Assembly (NCBI GenBank): GCA_049523555.1
Contig: JBEKMU010000002.1
Location: 1 to 63,174 of the forward strand
Direction: 5' to 3'
Source: Verrucomicrobiota bacterium
GTDB lineage: Bacteria; Verrucomicrobiota; Verrucomicrobiia; Limisphaerales; UBA11358
DNA: 63,174 nucleotides
In this document: piece after piece, positions 10,090 through 19,920 of the stretch
Numbering within the stretch: the first letter of the stretch is position 1
Layout of the letters: the number at the start of each line of letters is the position of its first letter
Notes under the pieces: model-generated
Seen by the model: only the letters and a program-made list of their open reading frames with translations
The model's database searches: none
What the model was told of the DNA's origin: nothing
Program-made: the position numbers and the translations under genes

Positions 10090-10671
10090 TCATGGACTCA
10101 ATGAGTCCGGCGGTTCATTGGTTGGAGAATTGGGCGGTGGCAACGGCTGCACCTGCGTGGTTTCGAGCGCGTCCAGCCGCTTTTTCATTGCGATCACCGA
10201 GGCGCGCAACACCGCCGTTTCCTGCAAATTGGTTTTGATCTGCTGCAACGCGGCTTGAAACTGCGTCAGCGCCGCCGACAGGGTTCTGGCTTCCAACAGG
10301 ATTTGAACGGTCGCCAGCTTTTGGGCGTTGACCTCGGCCAGCACCGCGTCATTGGCGGGCAAAGGATTGAATGCCGCATCGCGCGGCGCGGGTTCCGTGG
10401 GAAAAGCGCCAGAGCCGTCAATGGTGGCCGCCCGCAAGGGCCGCAAATCCCATCGGGTGTTTTCCTCGACGCGATAAACGACGTGCTGCTCGTGCATCAC
10501 CAGGTCATCGTTCGGGTCGGCGTAGCGCCCGACGTGATAGGCGCGGACGACTTCGGGATAACGCACGGTGGAATTATCCGTTGCCGGTGGCGGCTGTTGT
10601 GGCCGTAAGGTGAGCTTGGGCGTGGAACACGCCGTGAGGAACATCAAGGGAATGAGGTAGTATGCTTTCAT
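10090..10671 (-). CDS. Lipoprotein (VirB7/TrbH-position analogue)
   Basis: Lipobox 'LMFLTAC' at the N-terminus. 4-nt overlap with the VirB10-like gene upstream. Confidence 0.5.
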   Translation of the reverse strand: MKAYYLIPLMFLTACSTPKLTLRPQQPPPATDNSTVRYPEVVRAYHVGRYADPNDDLVMHEQHVVYRVEENTRWDLRPLRAATIDGSGAFPTEPAPRDAAFNPLPANDAVLAEVNAQKLATVQILLEARTLSAALTQFQAALQQIKTNLQETAVLRASVIAMKKRLDALETTQVQPLPPPNSPTNEPPDSLSP

Positions 10672-11717
10672 CGTTTGGGGGCGGTTGCGGGTTGCTCGTC
10701 CGTTTCTTCAACCAAGCCCGCGCCGCCAAAGGAAGCATCGGCACGGTCAATGGTTTGCAGGACATAGAGGTAAAACTGTTTTCCGCTTGGCACACGGACG
10801 TAGAACCCGTTCTTTTGAATCGAATCGTTAATCTGCTGTGCGTAGGTTTGCAGAACGGCCTGCGCGCCTTGAAACGGCGCGTTGCCAAGAGTGGGAGCAG
10901 GCATTGAACCCAACAGCGTTTGCTGCTGTTCAGTCAATGCGCTGGCCGCGCCGGAAAGGAAGGTGGCGGCAAACAGTTTGATGTCGGCCATGTTGTCGGA
11001 CTTGATGATTTCACCGCGCAACCCGGCGCTGCCGTCCGTGATGGCCCAACCGCTCTGATTGGTGTTGTTGTCAAACTCGCGGTCCAGGGCGACGGCTTTA
11101 AGCTGCAATTCCTCGCCGTCCTGCCAGACCAGTTTCCAACTGGTGCTGGTGGAAATGCGGTCGCGCTGCCGGTCGGTTTGCGCCATGCCGTGAACCTCCG
11201 TGCCCGCCGGAATAATCAGCCTGCCGCCGTAATAGATGTTCTCGGTGACGAGGCCGACGATGGGCGTCTGCATGGAAGCTGAATCCACCGTGATGACGGT
11301 CTCACAGGGGATCAGCCGTCCGAACGGCGCATAGGACGCGCTTAATTTTTTCGGGCGGGCAGCGCCCGCCGTGCTGTCGGCAAACAGACTGATGGGGGTC
11401 AAGGATTCGGTCTGACGCGGCGGAACATTGGGCAACGGTTGGGGCGACGGACTGGCAAGAGCCGGATTGGAAGACGGGAGCGGCGACTTGGGCGACGGCG
11501 GGTTGAACACCTGCATTGGCCGCGTGACGGACTGCACCACCTGGGGTTTATCGGTGGCGTTGGTTGAGAGCGGAGCGACAGCGATGCCGTCCTCGGAAGA
11601 CGAATGCTGCTTGCGAATGACGCCAAAAATAACCAGCCCGGCAGCGAACACCGCGCCGAAAACGACGAGCTTGCCGCTCTTGGTTTTGAAAAAATTGAGA
11701 AAGTCGCGTGGTTTCAT
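10668..11717 (-). CDS. virB10: VirB10/TrbI-family T4SS protein
   Basis: N-terminal TM helix, Pro-rich linker and a C-terminal beta-barrel region ('PIVGLVTENIYYGGRLIIPAGTEVHG...SGWAITDGSAGLRGEI'), typical of TrbI/VirB10. Confidence 0.8.
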   Translation of the reverse strand: MKPRDFLNFFKTKSGKLVVFGAVFAAGLVIFGVIRKQHSSSEDGIAVAPLSTNATDKPQVVQSVTRPMQVFNPPSPKSPLPSSNPALASPSPQPLPNVPPRQTESLTPISLFADSTAGAARPKKLSASYAPFGRLIPCETVITVDSASMQTPIVGLVTENIYYGGRLIIPAGTEVHGMAQTDRQRDRISTSTSWKLVWQDGEELQLKAVALDREFDNNTNQSGWAITDGSAGLRGEIIKSDNMADIKLFAATFLSGAASALTEQQQTLLGSMPAPTLGNAPFQGAQAVLQTYAQQINDSIQKNGFYVRVPSGKQFYLYVLQTIDRADASFGGAGLVEETDEQPATAPKR

Positions 11718-12619
11718 GGCTGGCCTCTTGGGGAACGAATGGGATGAAAGGGGGCATTGGTGGTCGTGACGACGGGCGGCGGTGGCGGTGGCGGCGACAG
11801 CCGGTTCACCAGGACGGTGAATTGATTTTTCAAGGAAAGATTGTTCCGCCCGCCGTCCGGCGTGCCGGTGACGGCGAAATAAACAATGCTCCGGCCTTTG
11901 GGCAGAACCGTTCCGCTGGCATCGCTGATGGATTGGGGATATAGCCGGTTGCCCGCACGCAAACTAAAACTGTCCGGCTGATAAATCAGCGGCGCAGCGA
12001 TTTCATTGGTGATGGCGACTCGGAAGACCAGCGTGTCCTCGGCGTTGAAACGGAAGGCTGCTTCAATCTGGATTTGATAATCATTGAAGTCACTGACGAG
12101 CGGCTTGCCGTCGTAGGTGGTGAAACCAACATCGGCCACACTTTCGGGCTGTTGCGCTTTGAGCAACGGGAATGCCTTGGCCTTGTCGAGCAGCGACAGA
12201 AGTTTTAGCGGACTGACTTCGGGCGCACGGCCAACGCCTGCCTCCCCCGGCGTCGGCAATGCCGCCATGTTGAGCGAAAGAATGGGCGCGTTGCTTTCGA
12301 TCAACTCGAAAACGTAGGTGCGGTCATTCCACCGGACATTGAGATTGGCGGAGGCTTTGGGAAAAATCGCCCGCACGGAAAGAAAGGCCGAACCTTTGGC
12401 GTGGGCGAGTTGAAACAGCCCCGGCGTTTTGCCGTCCACCGTGATGCCCGCGCCGTCAATGGCATCAATCGGACTTGGGAAACTGATGGTGGTCACGCGA
12501 TTGGTGGCCACCGGCACGGAAACGGCAACGCGGTCGTCCAGCCAGACTTGTTGAATGGCAGGTGAATCAGCCAGCGCAACTGTGGTGGTCAGCAAGAATA
12601 GATTAACGATTGATTTCAT
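11714..12619 (-). CDS. virB9: VirB9/TrbG-like T4SS outer-membrane-complex protein
   Basis: Signal peptide. 'NRVTTISFPSPI...NLNVRWNDRTYVFELI' matches the VirB9 N-domain pattern. Position between the VirB8- and VirB10-like genes. Confidence 0.6.
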   Translation of the reverse strand: MKSIVNLFLLTTTVALADSPAIQQVWLDDRVAVSVPVATNRVTTISFPSPIDAIDGAGITVDGKTPGLFQLAHAKGSAFLSVRAIFPKASANLNVRWNDRTYVFELIESNAPILSLNMAALPTPGEAGVGRAPEVSPLKLLSLLDKAKAFPLLKAQQPESVADVGFTTYDGKPLVSDFNDYQIQIEAAFRFNAEDTLVFRVAITNEIAAPLIYQPDSFSLRAGNRLYPQSISDASGTVLPKGRSIVYFAVTGTPDGGRNNLSLKNQFTVLVNRLSPPPPPPPVVTTTNAPFHPIRSPRGQP

Positions 12620-13265
12620 ATTTGAAGTCGCCCACAGCGGTGGGGAAACGTCCGTTCAAGGCCATGTTGGGATTGCGAATGAGACGCAACCGGAGCGTGA
12701 ACGGAAACGCCTCGGTGAACGCCCTGTCTTGAAAGATGCCGCTGCGGATGATCTGGCCGGTGACGGCGGCGAGCACCTCGTTGTCGCGGGTGGCCAGAAT
12801 GTCAATACGGCCGATTTCAGCTTTTTGGTGAAGCTGCTTGGCGCGGAATTCAACCGCCTCGCTGATGCGCTCATCCTGCGCCTTGCCCAACGCCGGTTTG
12901 AGAAACAGCAATTTGAGCAGGTCGGGATTGTCGAAGTCTTTGGGATTGCGTTCGAGGAAGGCCATTGTCGCAAGCTCGGCCTGTTGGACGTGCAATTGCT
13001 TTGCTTCCTGGAATTGCAGCAACGGACTCAAATAGTAAGTGCCAGCGGGGTCAATGATGACGACGCGCTCGCGCTGCTTGAACTGCGAGACGATGTGGTA
13101 GCGGTCAATGGCCGACAGCAGCAGCACGGCGACGGTGAAGGCAAACCAGAACCACGGCAGCCGGTCGCGCAACACCAGCAGTCGCGTCAAATCGAAGTGT
13201 TTCGGAACGGGCGCTGCGCCGGTTTTCGGTGAAATTGAAATGGGATTGTCGGTTTTCATAATCAT
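12603..13265 (-). CDS. virB8: VirB8/TrbF-like bitopic T4SS protein
   Basis: Single N-proximal TM helix followed by a ~150-aa globular domain. Call rests mainly on position in a Trb-ordered operon. Confidence 0.5.
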   Translation of the reverse strand: MIMKTDNPISISPKTGAAPVPKHFDLTRLLVLRDRLPWFWFAFTVAVLLLSAIDRYHIVSQFKQRERVVIIDPAGTYYLSPLLQFQEAKQLHVQQAELATMAFLERNPKDFDNPDLLKLLFLKPALGKAQDERISEAVEFRAKQLHQKAEIGRIDILATRDNEVLAAVTGQIIRSGIFQDRAFTEAFPFTLRLRLIRNPNMALNGRFPTAVGDFKYEINR

Positions 13266-14350
13266 AATTTGGGAGGCAGGCCGTTGGCCGGGGCGATGGG
13301 CGGCAACTGGCCGGAATGAGCGAGCATTTGACTGAGCAGGCGGCGGACGGCCCTTTCGCCGCTCGGATCACTTCTGGCGTAACCGAGTCCGGCGAAGCCG
13401 GTCACGAGCGAACCGGCGTTGCCAACCCGACTGGCGGTGGAAACCAGATTCAAGGCGCCCGCACTTCCCCCGGCGGCGACCGCCGCAATCGGGCCAAACG
13501 GAGCGGCAGCCACCGCGCCGCCGACCGCCGCCGCCGCCGTCTGCACCACGGCGTGCGCGCCATGCGAAAACAATTCGCTGGCCAGCGCCCCGGAAGAAAT
13601 CACCTTTTGAATCATTACGGGCGCGGCAATGGTGCTGAAAATAATCCAGAAACCGATGGCCGCCGCCCCATAGGTTTTTTGCAAATCGGGCAGATGCGAA
13701 CTCGGGTCAATGTATTCCAGGGTGGGATCGGATATGAAATCCAGCATCCCCTGGGTGACGAGCGCGGCCACGGCCCAACCGAGCGGCCAGAGGAGAACCC
13801 CGGCAAGATTCAAAAGGTAACGGCTGCCGACGTGCTTCAAGGCCGGTATCGCCATGAAGCCGATGAGCAGAGGCGAAAGCGCGTAGCCCATGTTCAAGAT
13901 GACTTTTTGGAAGACGTAACCCCAAAACATCATCAGGGAGGCAAAATGGCCGACGAGGAAAAGGACGGCGGTGATGATGAGGTCGGTGCTGATGTTGTGA
14001 AGCAGCGAGAGAACATTCCACCACGACAACAGCGTGGATGGGTCGCGTTTGATGATTAACAGTTCAAGGAACTGCTTGTAGATTTGCGACGGGTCAACGC
14101 CCAAACCGGAGATGATGGATTCCTGCAACAAATTTTGAACCGCGTTGCCCCATACCGGCAGGAACACGAGCAACGAGGTCAGCACCATGATTCGCACCAG
14201 CAGATGCAGCAAGATTCTTCGACTGAACCGCTGATGCACGGTGACGATGATGCCGGTGACAAACAGGGCGTAGGCCACGCTCAACAGCAAGGTGTGGAGT
14301 TCTCCACATTTGGCGAGGAACGTGGGAAAGATGGTGTCGAACGTGGCCAT
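13262..14350 (-). CDS. virB6: VirB6/TrbL-like polytopic T4SS membrane protein
   Basis: 362 aa with at least 6 TM helices and a Gly/Ala-rich C-terminus. Position after the TrbJ-like gene. Confidence 0.6.
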   Translation of the reverse strand: MATFDTIFPTFLAKCGELHTLLLSVAYALFVTGIIVTVHQRFSRRILLHLLVRIMVLTSLLVFLPVWGNAVQNLLQESIISGLGVDPSQIYKQFLELLIIKRDPSTLLSWWNVLSLLHNISTDLIITAVLFLVGHFASLMMFWGYVFQKVILNMGYALSPLLIGFMAIPALKHVGSRYLLNLAGVLLWPLGWAVAALVTQGMLDFISDPTLEYIDPSSHLPDLQKTYGAAAIGFWIIFSTIAAPVMIQKVISSGALASELFSHGAHAVVQTAAAAVGGAVAAAPFGPIAAVAAGGSAGALNLVSTASRVGNAGSLVTGFAGLGYARSDPSGERAVRRLLSQMLAHSGQLPPIAPANGLPPKL

Positions 14351-14371
14351 AAGCGATGAAGCGTTATAGAA

Positions 14372-15172
14372 TTATTGCGTGGGGAACTGCACCGGCTGGT
14401 CGAGCAACTGAAACGTCACCATGTAATTGCTGGTCGCCTCCTCAAACTCGGCGTTTTGCTGTTCGGTCAACGCCTGAATCTGCTTTTGCTGGTCGTTCCG
14501 ATTCTGGATGTCCTGCACCAGCGCCGAAGCCGCGGCCTGGTTCACCTCGTCATCGGTGCTGGCAAGGTCGCCGTTCAGGCTGGTGAGGACGCCCTGCAAC
14601 TTCTGGACTTGGGCATCGGTGGTGACGTTCTGGAGTTGCTCGGTCGTTTGCGCGATTTGGTCCTTGATGGTTGCGCGGCGTTGCGCCGCGTTGTCAGCGA
14701 CGGCGACATAATTGCTGGCGGAGTTGATGACGGCCGCAAACGGCTTGTATTGGTCGGCAGGCCGCTGGATGGTCTGGCCGCGTGGCGTCTGGAAATTGAC
14801 GCCCACCGTGGCATAGATGCCGTTGTCATTGTAGGTCAGCGCGGCGCTGCCATCAGCGTTGGCCACCAGATTTTCGAGGGTCAATCCCGGCTCAATGTTC
14901 TGCAAATCAGAATCCAAGGCGGGAATCATTGACAGCACGACTTGGGACGGATTGCCAAACAGGGACTCATAATTCTTGAACTCGCTCAACTGGCTGGTGA
15001 GCGTGTCAATTTGCTGCACCTGGTTGTCAATCATGGTGACGTATTTGGCGATGTTCTCGGCTTGGTCCAATATCTGTTCGATGTTCATCGTCGGGTCATA
15101 CACGATCCACTGGGCGCGGGCGGAGAACGCCAGCGGCAGGGCGATGACGATTGCTGCGATTAACTTTTTCAT
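14372..15172 (-). CDS. virB5: TrbJ/VirB5-like secreted T4SS protein
   Basis: Signal peptide followed by 'AQWIVYDPTMNIEQILDQAENI...', a coiled-coil N-terminus similar to TrbJ. Confidence 0.55.
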   Translation of the reverse strand: MKKLIAAIVIALPLAFSARAQWIVYDPTMNIEQILDQAENIAKYVTMIDNQVQQIDTLTSQLSEFKNYESLFGNPSQVVLSMIPALDSDLQNIEPGLTLENLVANADGSAALTYNDNGIYATVGVNFQTPRGQTIQRPADQYKPFAAVINSASNYVAVADNAAQRRATIKDQIAQTTEQLQNVTTDAQVQKLQGVLTSLNGDLASTDDEVNQAAASALVQDIQNRNDQQKQIQALTEQQNAEFEEATSNYMVTFQLLDQPVQFPTQ

Positions 15173-15198
15173 GTTTGTTGTCCTTTCTTTGGTTGTTT

Positions 15199-15633
15199 TT
15201 ATTGGGTGGAGGCTCCGCCTCCTTCGATGCGGAGAAATTGGGTGGTTGGCTGGAAAATCACGCCGTCAATCACCTGCTCCGGCAAATGCACTTCGTAAAG
15301 CTGGACGCGGCCGTCGTCGCCCGCCTTGGCCTGCTGCATGGAGACGTAAAGCCAGTATTGCTGTTTGACGGCATCACTGCGGCCTTTGTCGTAGCCCGTC
15401 TGATAAGATGCGCCGTTCAGTTTGCTGTTGGCGGCGTGGAGTCCTTCGCCGAGCAAAGCGCCGCCCGCCGCGCCGCCGACAATGGCGACTGGATTGTTTT
15501 TTGTCAGCTCGCCGCCGAGGGCCGCGCCGCCCGCGCCCAAGCCGACATCAGTGGCGGTTCGGGTCACGGCGGCGCAGCCCGTGAACAAACAGGCGGCGCA
15601 AGCCAGGGGAATGATGAGCAATGATTTTTTCAT
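15199..15633 (-). CDS. Glycine-zipper lipoprotein (possible entry-exclusion or VirB7-like)
   Basis: Start at the internal Met gives 'MKKSLLIIPLACAACLFTGC' with a lipobox. Followed by GxxxG-rich 'GLGAGGAALGGE...GGAAGGALLGEG'. Confidence 0.55.
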   Translation of the reverse strand: MKKSLLIIPLACAACLFTGCAAVTRTATDVGLGAGGAALGGELTKNNPVAIVGGAAGGALLGEGLHAANSKLNGASYQTGYDKGRSDAVKQQYWLYVSMQQAKAGDDGRVQLYEVHLPEQVIDGVIFQPTTQFLRIEGGGASTQ

Positions 15634-15647
15634 AAGGTTGATGGTTT

Positions 15648-16505
15648 TTAGTTTCCGCACAGGCCGTGGCATTCCTGGTAAAAGCCCGTGAACGTCTGGT
15701 CTCGAAACGATTCGCGTTTCTCAAGGAATGCCTCGGCCAGCGGCACGCACGAGCGATGCACATAAAGTTTTTGTTCGAGGTTCCGGTTGACGACATTGCC
15801 GGGCGTCCGCAACGCCACGTCAATTTCCACGGCACGTTGAAAGCCCGCCGGGTCGTTGTCCCGCAGCCAGCGCCATTCTTCGTTGGAACGGTAGGGACAA
15901 AACACGCACGCCGAACGTGGCACTTCATGGGGGACGCCGTAGGCTTTTAACCGTTGCTGGCACATGGAGCGTGTGATTTGGCGTTCGATGAGTGGGAACA
16001 CCGGCGTTGCCCAGGGAACTTCCGCGAAACGCAACCGCACGCGCGCGGCGCGTCCCGCCTCGTCGAAACTGATGCCCAAGTATTGGTGGACATGGATTTC
16101 GTCGCGCGGAAACCATTGGCGCAGTTTGAGGCCGACAATTTCGTGCCGGATGACGTGCTCAATGACATCCAGCTTGTATTCCTTGGTGCATTGGCGGCGC
16201 AGCATCCCCTTGGGCGAACCGGGTTCATCGGTGGTATAGGCGGGGATGCTGGCGAACCGTTGGCTGGTGGAATTGCGCCCATGCTTCAAATGTTCGCCTA
16301 GTCTGCCGATGGAACGCACCAAGATGCGCGGGCCGTTAAGCGATTGCAGCCATTCCAAGTGCCGATAAACGGGCGTCGGTTCCTCGCCGGTATCGGCAAA
16401 AATGGCGTAATCAATCTGCGGTTTCAGATCGCCGCGCAGGAACATCAGGTAAAGGGTCGTGGACTGGACGCCCGCGCCAAGATTCAGGATGTGAAATTCT
16501 TTCAT
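15648..16505 (-). CDS. PAPS reductase/PP-loop ATPase-family protein embedded in the T4SS operon
   Basis: N-terminal 'ILNLGAGVQSTTL' is a PP-loop-like motif. Cys motifs 'SACVFCPY' and C-terminal 'ECHGLCGN'. 4-nt overlap with virB4. Confidence 0.65.
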   Translation of the reverse strand: MKEFHILNLGAGVQSTTLYLMFLRGDLKPQIDYAIFADTGEEPTPVYRHLEWLQSLNGPRILVRSIGRLGEHLKHGRNSTSQRFASIPAYTTDEPGSPKGMLRRQCTKEYKLDVIEHVIRHEIVGLKLRQWFPRDEIHVHQYLGISFDEAGRAARVRLRFAEVPWATPVFPLIERQITRSMCQQRLKAYGVPHEVPRSACVFCPYRSNEEWRWLRDNDPAGFQRAVEIDVALRTPGNVVNRNLEQKLYVHRSCVPLAEAFLEKRESFRDQTFTGFYQECHGLCGN

Positions 16506-19225
16506 TGGGTTTCCTTTTCCGGGTTGGCGTGGGCGATGATGCCCTCGACAATGTTTGGACTCTGGCGCAGTTCGCGGGCGCGTTTGTCAAAATGCTCGCC
16601 GCTGGATGAACTGCAATAGAGCATCTCGCGCGACGAAATGTTGTGAGCCGTGCCGCAAAGATTTCTGCCGGAGTCGGTGTGAAAATAAGTGAACGGCGAA
16701 TACTTCTGGCCCGATTGATGGTCGGGCAATGGATAATTCATTATCGCGTGCTTGGTGACTTCGGGCAGCGCGATGTCCTGCGCCATGTCTTCCAAGTCGG
16801 CGCGGTCGTTCTGGCGCATGATGAAAAACTGGCGGCTGTTGCCGAATACGGCGGAACGGATGCGCGACTGTTTGAACCGCGCATATTGCTGGACGATGGA
16901 GATGTTCCAACAGTTAAACTTGCGAAGCTGCGCGTAGGATTCCTGGACGATTTCCTGTCCGCCCGGAATATCGAGGAAGCGGGCGACTTCCTCATACACG
17001 TTCCGCTTCCGCAGCGCACGCGGCAGCGTCATGATGTGCTTGCGCGCGTGGTTGGTGATAAGGAAGCCCGCCGCCGCCTTCAACTCCTTGGCCGATTCGG
17101 GAATGTAACCCAACTCGAAATGGGCGATTTTGCCGGTGAGCGAAAGGTTGCTCGTGCCGTCGAACAGACAACCGTAATTTCCATCCCGACACCACGGCAG
17201 AATCAACGTGGCAATTTCGATGATCTGGTCGCGTTCCGAGCCAACGGGGTCGAGCATCATCAATTCCTGCAACATCCGGTGCGTGGGAAACTCGTCGGGC
17301 ATGAAATAGGCGAAAGCGAGATTGCGGACTTCACGGCTGGTCTTTGGTTCTTTTAGAAACCGGAGCACGTCGGCTTCGTTGAACGAACCGAGATACTCTG
17401 TTGCCTCGGTGAGGTGGCTGGCCTTCCAGTCTCGGAAGTCCGCAAAGGTTTCAAGGGTGGTAGCGCCGGGCGGCATCCGCTCAAGCCGGAATTTCTGCAA
17501 AGCCAGGGCATGACGCGCGATGCCGAGCAACTGGTCGTGCCGTTTTTTCTGCCAGTCCTGAAACGCATCCTCGTAAAGCAGGTTCAGATATTTGGCGATC
17601 TGCGCCTGCCGCAGCATTTGTTTGTCCTCCTGACTGGATGTGCCAATCATCCGCGCAACCAGTGCCGTTGAAGCGGATAAATGGTCGGGCGTCAGCGGCA
17701 GACCTTTGGTATCGAGATAATTGATGGTCAAATCACCGTCGGGATGAATGATGATGGGCCGCGCCCCCTCCTCCACCGTCTGCGTGTAGATACCGTAGGA
17801 TAGACCCTCCTCAATGATGACCGTGTAAGCGAAGTAACCTTCGGTCTGCGAAAGCAAATCACAAACAGTCACGGATTTGCCCGCGCCCGACATCCCCAAA
17901 AGCACGGCGTGTTGCGGCGACTGATTATCTTTCGAGCCGGAGAACGTCTTGACGCCCACCAGATTGTTGTTGGGGCCGTCGTAGATGGCCTCGGCGGTCT
18001 TCAGGTGGCCGGTGAACGTGCTGGTCACAGGCAGCATGTCGGCCAGGAATCGGTGTTCGGAGTAAAGTTTGCGATGTTCGTAACGTCCCCAGGTCCAGCC
18101 CGGCCACGTCTGGAAGAAAAGATTTTTGGAAGTGCTCGGCAGATTGGATTCAAAATACTGCGCCGAATTCATCGAATTGATGGCATTCTTAACCGCGCCG
18201 GTTTTGGCGATCAGCCCGTCTTTTGATTTGTCCCAAACTCGAATCACAAAGAGCGCATTGAACGGATACGTCTGCCCTTGCATGAGCGCATGGATTTTCT
18301 TCTGCTTTTTCTCCATCACCGTCAGCAGCGAGATTTTCTTTTCACTGGCATAATCGCCGGCAATGCGGTCGTGTTCTTTTTCCTCCTTGTTGATTTCCTG
18401 GGTGATGGGCAGCGGGTCAATGTTGACGGTAATGGTGAAATCGAGCAGCCGCAGATTGGTGAGCCGCTGGATGATGCCCGGATAGGTTGTGCGCGGCCAG
18501 CGGGTCAGGACGATGACGGAGTGATAATGGCCGTCCAGGTAAAAGCCAAAATCGCTCTGGCCATTGCCTTCGCTGTGCCAGCAATTTTCCTGAATGGAAA
18601 GTTCGGGCGAAAAGTCCGGCGCGGCGTCAAAGTCAAATCGGTCGGCCAGCGATGGATTGAGAAACGTTTTGTAATGCTTGAAATGGTCAACGTCAGTCAT
18701 GGGCAATATGCGCGTGCCGGTGCTGGCAAAAATGTCCATGAGCCGTTTGTGAACGTGCTCAAACTCCCCTTTCAAGTCGTCGAGCAACGTCCGGTAAAAC
18801 TCGCGCAGCGCGGTGTTGCCCGTCATCAGCCTGGGCGTGTTCTCCAATGCGCGCGAAACGTAAAGGATCACGCGCTGCCGCCGCAGCTTGCGTTCGACCA
18901 TTGCCTGCCAGTAACGCACGAACCGCTCGTTGCGCGAACGCTTGGTCCAGACATTTTCAAAGCGTTCGGTCTCCTGCTGGAACCGCAGCAACTCGGCTTT
19001 GTAATCGGAGTCCGAAAAGTATTGGATTTGCAGCCGTTGGCTTTCGTGAAGCGATTCCAGAAGCTGGCCAAGTTGGTCTTGAAATATGTTCAAGTCGGCA
19101 ATCGGACTGTTGGTGAGGTCGGGCGCTTCAAAGACAAAGCCTTTGGCGATGTAACCGCCACGCCGGAGCGAATTGAACAAAATCAAATCGTTCACGAAGA
19201 ATCCATTGGGGGCGCGTTCAAACAT
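16502..19225 (-). CDS. virB4: VirB4/TrbE-family T4SS ATPase
   Basis: 907 aa. Walker A 'GMSGAGKSV'. Size and architecture match CagE/TrbE/VirB4. Confidence 0.9.
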   Translation of the reverse strand: MFERAPNGFFVNDLILFNSLRRGGYIAKGFVFEAPDLTNSPIADLNIFQDQLGQLLESLHESQRLQIQYFSDSDYKAELLRFQQETERFENVWTKRSRNERFVRYWQAMVERKLRRQRVILYVSRALENTPRLMTGNTALREFYRTLLDDLKGEFEHVHKRLMDIFASTGTRILPMTDVDHFKHYKTFLNPSLADRFDFDAAPDFSPELSIQENCWHSEGNGQSDFGFYLDGHYHSVIVLTRWPRTTYPGIIQRLTNLRLLDFTITVNIDPLPITQEINKEEKEHDRIAGDYASEKKISLLTVMEKKQKKIHALMQGQTYPFNALFVIRVWDKSKDGLIAKTGAVKNAINSMNSAQYFESNLPSTSKNLFFQTWPGWTWGRYEHRKLYSEHRFLADMLPVTSTFTGHLKTAEAIYDGPNNNLVGVKTFSGSKDNQSPQHAVLLGMSGAGKSVTVCDLLSQTEGYFAYTVIIEEGLSYGIYTQTVEEGARPIIIHPDGDLTINYLDTKGLPLTPDHLSASTALVARMIGTSSQEDKQMLRQAQIAKYLNLLYEDAFQDWQKKRHDQLLGIARHALALQKFRLERMPPGATTLETFADFRDWKASHLTEATEYLGSFNEADVLRFLKEPKTSREVRNLAFAYFMPDEFPTHRMLQELMMLDPVGSERDQIIEIATLILPWCRDGNYGCLFDGTSNLSLTGKIAHFELGYIPESAKELKAAAGFLITNHARKHIMTLPRALRKRNVYEEVARFLDIPGGQEIVQESYAQLRKFNCWNISIVQQYARFKQSRIRSAVFGNSRQFFIMRQNDRADLEDMAQDIALPEVTKHAIMNYPLPDHQSGQKYSPFTYFHTDSGRNLCGTAHNISSREMLYCSSSSGEHFDKRARELRQSPNIVEGIIAHANPEKETQ

Positions 19226-19228
19226 AAA

Positions 19229-19507
19229 TCAGGTGTGTTGGGATTTGCCGCGTGTGGCCGCGTCCATCACCTGCTGGACGCGGATCAAATCATTCACCAG
19301 TTGTTCCACGGTGCGGGCGCGGTTGATTTCGTTGATGGCGATGCAGGCTTCCTGAATATGCGCCCGCGCCCGCTCCATGTGCGCGCGGGCGGTGCTGCCG
19401 AAACCGTGCGTATGCAGGCCGCCGCGCAAGGCGGCTTCGGCGGCGGTGAGCTGGCCGAGCAATGCCTGCCGCTGGCTTTCAATAACTTTAAGTTCTTCGG
19501 AGTTCAT
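19229..19507 (-). CDS. hypothetical coiled-coil protein (T4SS operon)
   Basis: Start taken at the internal Met 'MNSEELKVIESQRQALLG'. Overlaps the stop of the upstream ORF by 4 nt. Confidence 0.4.
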   Translation of the reverse strand: MNSEELKVIESQRQALLGQLTAAEAALRGGLHTHGFGSTARAHMERARAHIQEACIAINEINRARTVEQLVNDLIRVQQVMDAATRGKSQHT

Positions 19508-19920
19508 GAGCGTCCCTTTGACGGAAGAAGAATTATTGACCGCTCTGAACCCGGCCAATGAATGCGGATGGAGCAAACGAGCGGTCCTTCGACAGCCAAC
19601 CCGCCCGGCGTGTTATCCACCGCGCGGATGCGATTGATTTTTCCATTGGCCAAAAGCTCCGGCAGCAAATTCAAGCGCCAGCCAACCAGCGTGACCGTGA
19701 AGCCGGGACCGGATAAGCACAGTTCCTGGGGCGGGCGACTGGGTTGTTGCCGGCGTATCTCCGTCAAAGTGAAACTCAATTGCCGGAAATCACTTTTGGG
19801 ACGGCCATACGTCTGCCGGTGGCCGATGAATTGAATCAGCGCGGATTCCAACGGCATGGATTCAACCCCGCCAATGGGTTGCGCTTTGGATGGCAGCGAT
19901 GATTGGGCTTCGGGATTCAT
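19504..19920 (-). CDS. hypothetical protein (T4SS operon)
   Basis: 138-aa ORF, translationally coupled on both sides. No recognisable domain. Confidence 0.4.
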   Translation of the reverse strand: MNPEAQSSLPSKAQPIGGVESMPLESALIQFIGHRQTYGRPKSDFRQLSFTLTEIRRQQPSRPPQELCLSGPGFTVTLVGWRLNLLPELLANGKINRIRAVDNTPGGLAVEGPLVCSIRIHWPGSERSIILLPSKGRS

